From assembly GCA_965112155.1 (NCBI GenBank), contig OZ218103.1: a DNA stretch of 64,000 nucleotides; one strand, written 5' to 3'. The first letter of the stretch is position 1. Each line of letters opens with the position of its first letter. The stretch comes from Podarcis liolepis (lineage: Eukaryota). The notes beneath the pieces are model-generated. The model saw nothing but the letters and a program-made list of their open reading frames with translations, was not told the origin of the DNA and did no database searches. This document shows, one piece after another, positions 60,501 to 64,000 of this stretch. Made by a program: the position numbers and the translations under genes.

Positions 60501-61489
60501 TACTTGACATAGCAGGTCCAGGCAGAACCACTCAGAGATCTGTTCCAAAAGAAGGCCCCCCAATGAGATGTTGTCTTGTTCTGGGAAAACACTGTGCTAT
60601 TAATACCATGGCGGAGGTTTCCCAGAATCCACTGTGGAGGTTGTTTGGCAACCAAAGCCCAATTCAGCAGTGGAATACAAATATCCATTGACTTCATAGC
60701 AAGCCCCAAGAGGTAGATGCAAGTAGTATTGTTAGCCTGAAGACAACTCGGGTGTCCTGGGGGAAAGAGGCAGGGAGAGGGTGCACTTGAGCCTAGCATC
60801 CAGTGCCTGACAGGCTGGCCTCCATAGCTGGGCCCTAAATCCCTAACTGGGATGCCTCTAACTGCAGTGAGGAAAGCAGAAGTCGGAGCAGGTGTGGTGG
60901 CGCTGGCGAGTTTTCTAAACTTTCATGCAATGAAAAAGTACATGTCTCTGATGAAACTTTGCTGTAGAAATAAAAACAGCAGCACAGATTGTAGTGATTT
61001 GTCTCATATACAGTGTAGCCAGTGTAAGCACCATATGCACCCTGTGTCAGCGGGAAAATTCTGTTGTATGGGAGAAATACTGTAACAACTCCACAGCAGC
61101 CTGCAATTAAAAGAGTTTCTTCTTTATTACCATGCAATGTCTCCTGGGTCTCCTTTTTTACTTGTACATAATGCCGGATCATTGGGGAACACTTGTCGTT
61201 AAGCTCTTGAGGAAAGAAGAGTATGGCCCGGTGCACAACTCTTAACTCACAAAGAAATCCTTTATTCCAATCACACCAGGACTGGAGAGATGGTGCTGCT
61301 ACATCAACAGAACAGCTGTTGTATCCAGTGCATGCTAGGCCGGGGGGATAGGGGTGGGGGGACACAAAACCAGAGAATGTAAAAAAAAAAAATGGCATCA
61401 AAGTGGCAGGCATTCAACACACATGCACACCGCGGTGTCCCTGGAAACTCCACCAGTGTCCAGAAATTGTGGATTATGTTTGTAATTTT

Positions 61490-61990
61490 TGTTTGTTTGT
61501 TTATTTTATTTACTTATTGAATTTATATACCGTCCTATCCCGGGGGTCTCAGGGCGGTTCACAGAATAAAATCAAGATATAAAACCACAAAATACATAAT
61601 AAAAATAAAAACAACAACCCAATAGCCTCCCCCCCCCAACACATTTTAAAAGGGCATAGGATGTAAATCAGATCAACCAAAGGCCTGGTTAAAAAGGAAT
61701 GTTTTTTGCCTGGTGCCTCAAGGTGTTTAATGAAGACTGCAGGCGAAATTCCCTGGAGAGGGCATTCCACAGATGGGGAGCCACTGCAGAGAAGGCCCGT
61801 TCTTATGTTGCCGAGGACAAGGCACATGAAGGAGGGCCTCAGAGGATGATCTCAGGGTCCAGGTAGGTTCATATGGAAAGAGGCGGTCCTTGAGGTACTG
61901 CAGTCCTGAGCCATTTAAGGCTTTGTAGGTCAAAACCAGCACTTTGAATTGGGCCCGGAAACTAATTGGTAGCCAGTGCAGTCGGACCAG
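61490..61990 (-). mobile_element. L2 LINE 3' fragment
   Basis: Minus-strand LHWLPISFRAQFKVLVLTYKALNGSGLQYLKDRLFPYEP (L2 ORF2 C-terminus) and a (TTTA)n tail. Confidence 0.88.
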
Positions 61991-62019
61991 TATTAATGTA
62001 ATACGCTCAAATTTGTATT

Positions 62020-62390
62020 ATTAATTTTGTATCCCTGCCTTCACCCCACAGGAGCCCAGGGTGGCAAGCATCAAGAGGTAAAAACAGTACAATTTAAAAG
62101 TAAACACATTTAAAACACTTTAAAACATTTTTTTAAAAAACATAAAGCACTTTAAAAACAACTTTAAAAAACAAAAAGCAGTTTAAAAACATTTATAACT
62201 TTTAAAAACATTTAAAACAAATACACTCGGTTATTAATGTTATAGTTGCCATGGCTACTATCTATTACCCATCCTGGGTAAACAGGTATGTTTTTAGATT
62301 TCTCCTGCAAGTCAATAATGAGGGAGACAGGCAGATCTCTCCAGGGTGGGCATTCCACAAATGGGTCAGCACCAACAAGAAGGACCTGCA
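62020..62390 (-). mobile_element. Second L2 3' remnant with internal TTTAAAAACA tandem array
   Basis: atccctgccttcacccc.caggagcccagggtggc tail; tttaaaaaca repeats 62090-62220; ccagggtgggcattccacaaatggg. Confidence 0.65.
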
Positions 62391-63582
62391 CACACCAACT
62401 GGAAAGGAGCCGCTGGACTCACATGCTGCCCAAACTTAGAGGGAGCCAATGAACTCATGACAATGGGGACACAGCCTACATTGCAACACACAGCAGCATA
62501 TCACTGACAGTTCTTCTGTCCCAGCAGCATATCCAGGTAAGAGCCCATTTCTGCCTATCCTAGATGTTCCTACAGGTAAAGGGCATCCTCTTGCTCTGGC
62601 AAAGACAACTGCTTCAAGAGGATGTATCAAGTGGTGTCAAATGCTAATTGATAAAAAAGCCACTGTTCAATGCCCAATGTTGGGAAGTAGGGTTGCCACT
62701 GATTCCAGAATATAAAATTTCCTAACTGCCCCACTGCTCCAGGGAAACATGCCTAGGCTCGTGGTGCGCAGGCTGATTTCTGCATGCACGTCCATCACTT
62801 ACACTTTTGAAACCACAGGAAAATATTTTCCTGCCAAGTTGTTTCTAATGTGGAACATATTGTGGTCATGTTATTAGGTTTAAAATGCCAAGAACAGGGA
62901 TTTATTTAATTTCTGATTGATTCTACAGAAATTGTCGGAAGAGTTCTGCACTAACAGCAGCCTCGTCCCTGGGATTGGTGAAAGAAGTGACGCCACTGTG
63001 GTGTTGGTATAAGCACAAGATGTCTCCCTGCTCCATGGGAACTGGCCAAAGCTCCTCTAATCTTGTTGATTTCCTCCCTTTCCAATACGTTGGCATTTTT
63101 GTTACTTTGGCACAAAAAGCATAGACTCCTTACATTGTGTACTAGAAGAGAGCCAAATGTTTTTTACTGTGACAATCTGATGTGGTTTCTGAAGGATTTC
63201 AGGATAATATTACCCCATTACTTTAGGAACAGATAGCCTTAGCCTCAACAGCTGTTAACCAGCATAGCTCAATTGACTTTCACAATTCCAGAATTCAACA
63301 TCTTTGAGGGTGGGTCATGGTGAGAACTGTTTACTAGTATTCACTGTCTCCTTACTGGCAAGCAGAACATGCCAAGTGGGGAACGGGAAGGTACTTGCTT
63401 CTAGGCCCAGGGCTGTCTCTTTAAAGACTTCACTTCTCAGCCAGCGGAGTGGGTATGGAACTGGACCTAAAAGGATATAGAAGGCATAAATCAGAGCTAG
63501 AACTCCATCACACACAGTGATCTGTCCATGGTCCTGCAAAGCTTTGTGCTTCTATTCCTGGGCAAAAGGGTGAGCCCAAAAC

Positions 63583-63718
63583 CAGACACAGGCAAACTCT
63601 GGCCCTCCAGATGTTTGGGATTACAATTCCCATCATCCCTAGCTAACAGGACCAGTGGTCAGGGATGATGGGAATTGTAGTCCCAAACATCTGGAGGGCC
63701 GGAGTTTGCCTTTGCCTG
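63583..63718. mobile_element. 136-bp palindromic hAT MITE (young copy)
   Basis: ggcaaactctggccctccagatgtttgggattacaattcccatcatccct / agggatgatgggaattgtagtcccaaacatctggagggccggagtttgcc form near-perfect arms; flanks cccaaaac/cctaaacc. Confidence 0.88.
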
Positions 63719-64000
63719 CCTAAACCATTGCTCTCTCAATTCATCACTCCATCTGCAGGTGATGAATTGGGAGGGGGGAGGGTTGGCCTTTTTTTCCATT
63801 TGAATTTGGGTCCTAAAATACCTCCCAAACAGTTTTTTTGGGGGGGGCTTGCAATTGTAGTGGGGGCAGTTCTTATCCTTCCTGCTCTTTTCTTTCCTGC
63901 TCTTCTTTAACTTTGCCTAAAATTGCCTCCTTTGTTGGCTGCTGCCATAGCACATGGGTGGTCGTCAGAACATTGTTGCTACACTATCAAAGCTGCTAAC

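Noticed and set aside
60835-61413. 192-aa minus-strand ORF and other long intergenic or intronic ORFs (38874-39437, 34185-34673)
   Set aside because: No homology I recognise, no splice-consistent context, and no KCNC4-like sequence (the expected downstream neighbour is not reached in this window).

Overview
Vertebrate (squamate, most likely lacertid lizard) genomic DNA, inferred from a young Sauria SINE plus BovB, CR1 and L2 fragments and squamate tRNA-SINEs. All genes are on the + strand. The window holds the last 13 coding exons of STRIP1/FAM40A (1-6821) and an intronless UBL4B-like ubiquitin-like gene (ATG 11782-12363). It then holds the complete SLC6A17/NTT4 neuronal amino-acid transporter gene: CpG-island promoter and non-coding exon 1 at about 24.1-25.3 kb, 11 coding exons 36825-51576 giving 725 aa, and a possibly very long 3' UTR. 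This matches the mammalian STRIP1-[ALX3]-UBL4B-SLC6A17 block, but no ALX3 homeobox gene is visible. Most interesting points: (1) a syntenic, intact UBL4B-type retrogene in a reptile, although UBL4B is usually described as a mammalian X-derived retrogene; it has a CRE-like/CCAAT promoter and a C-terminal DKATQTE dynein light chain (LC8)-type motif; (2) ALX3 is missing from a collapsed ~5 kb, TE-filled interval; (3) an inverted pair of strong REST/NRSF RE1 sites lies in SLC6A17 intron 1. Exon boundaries were read by hand from GT-AG sites and recalled homologous proteins. TE family names come from pattern recognition, and no database searches were run.
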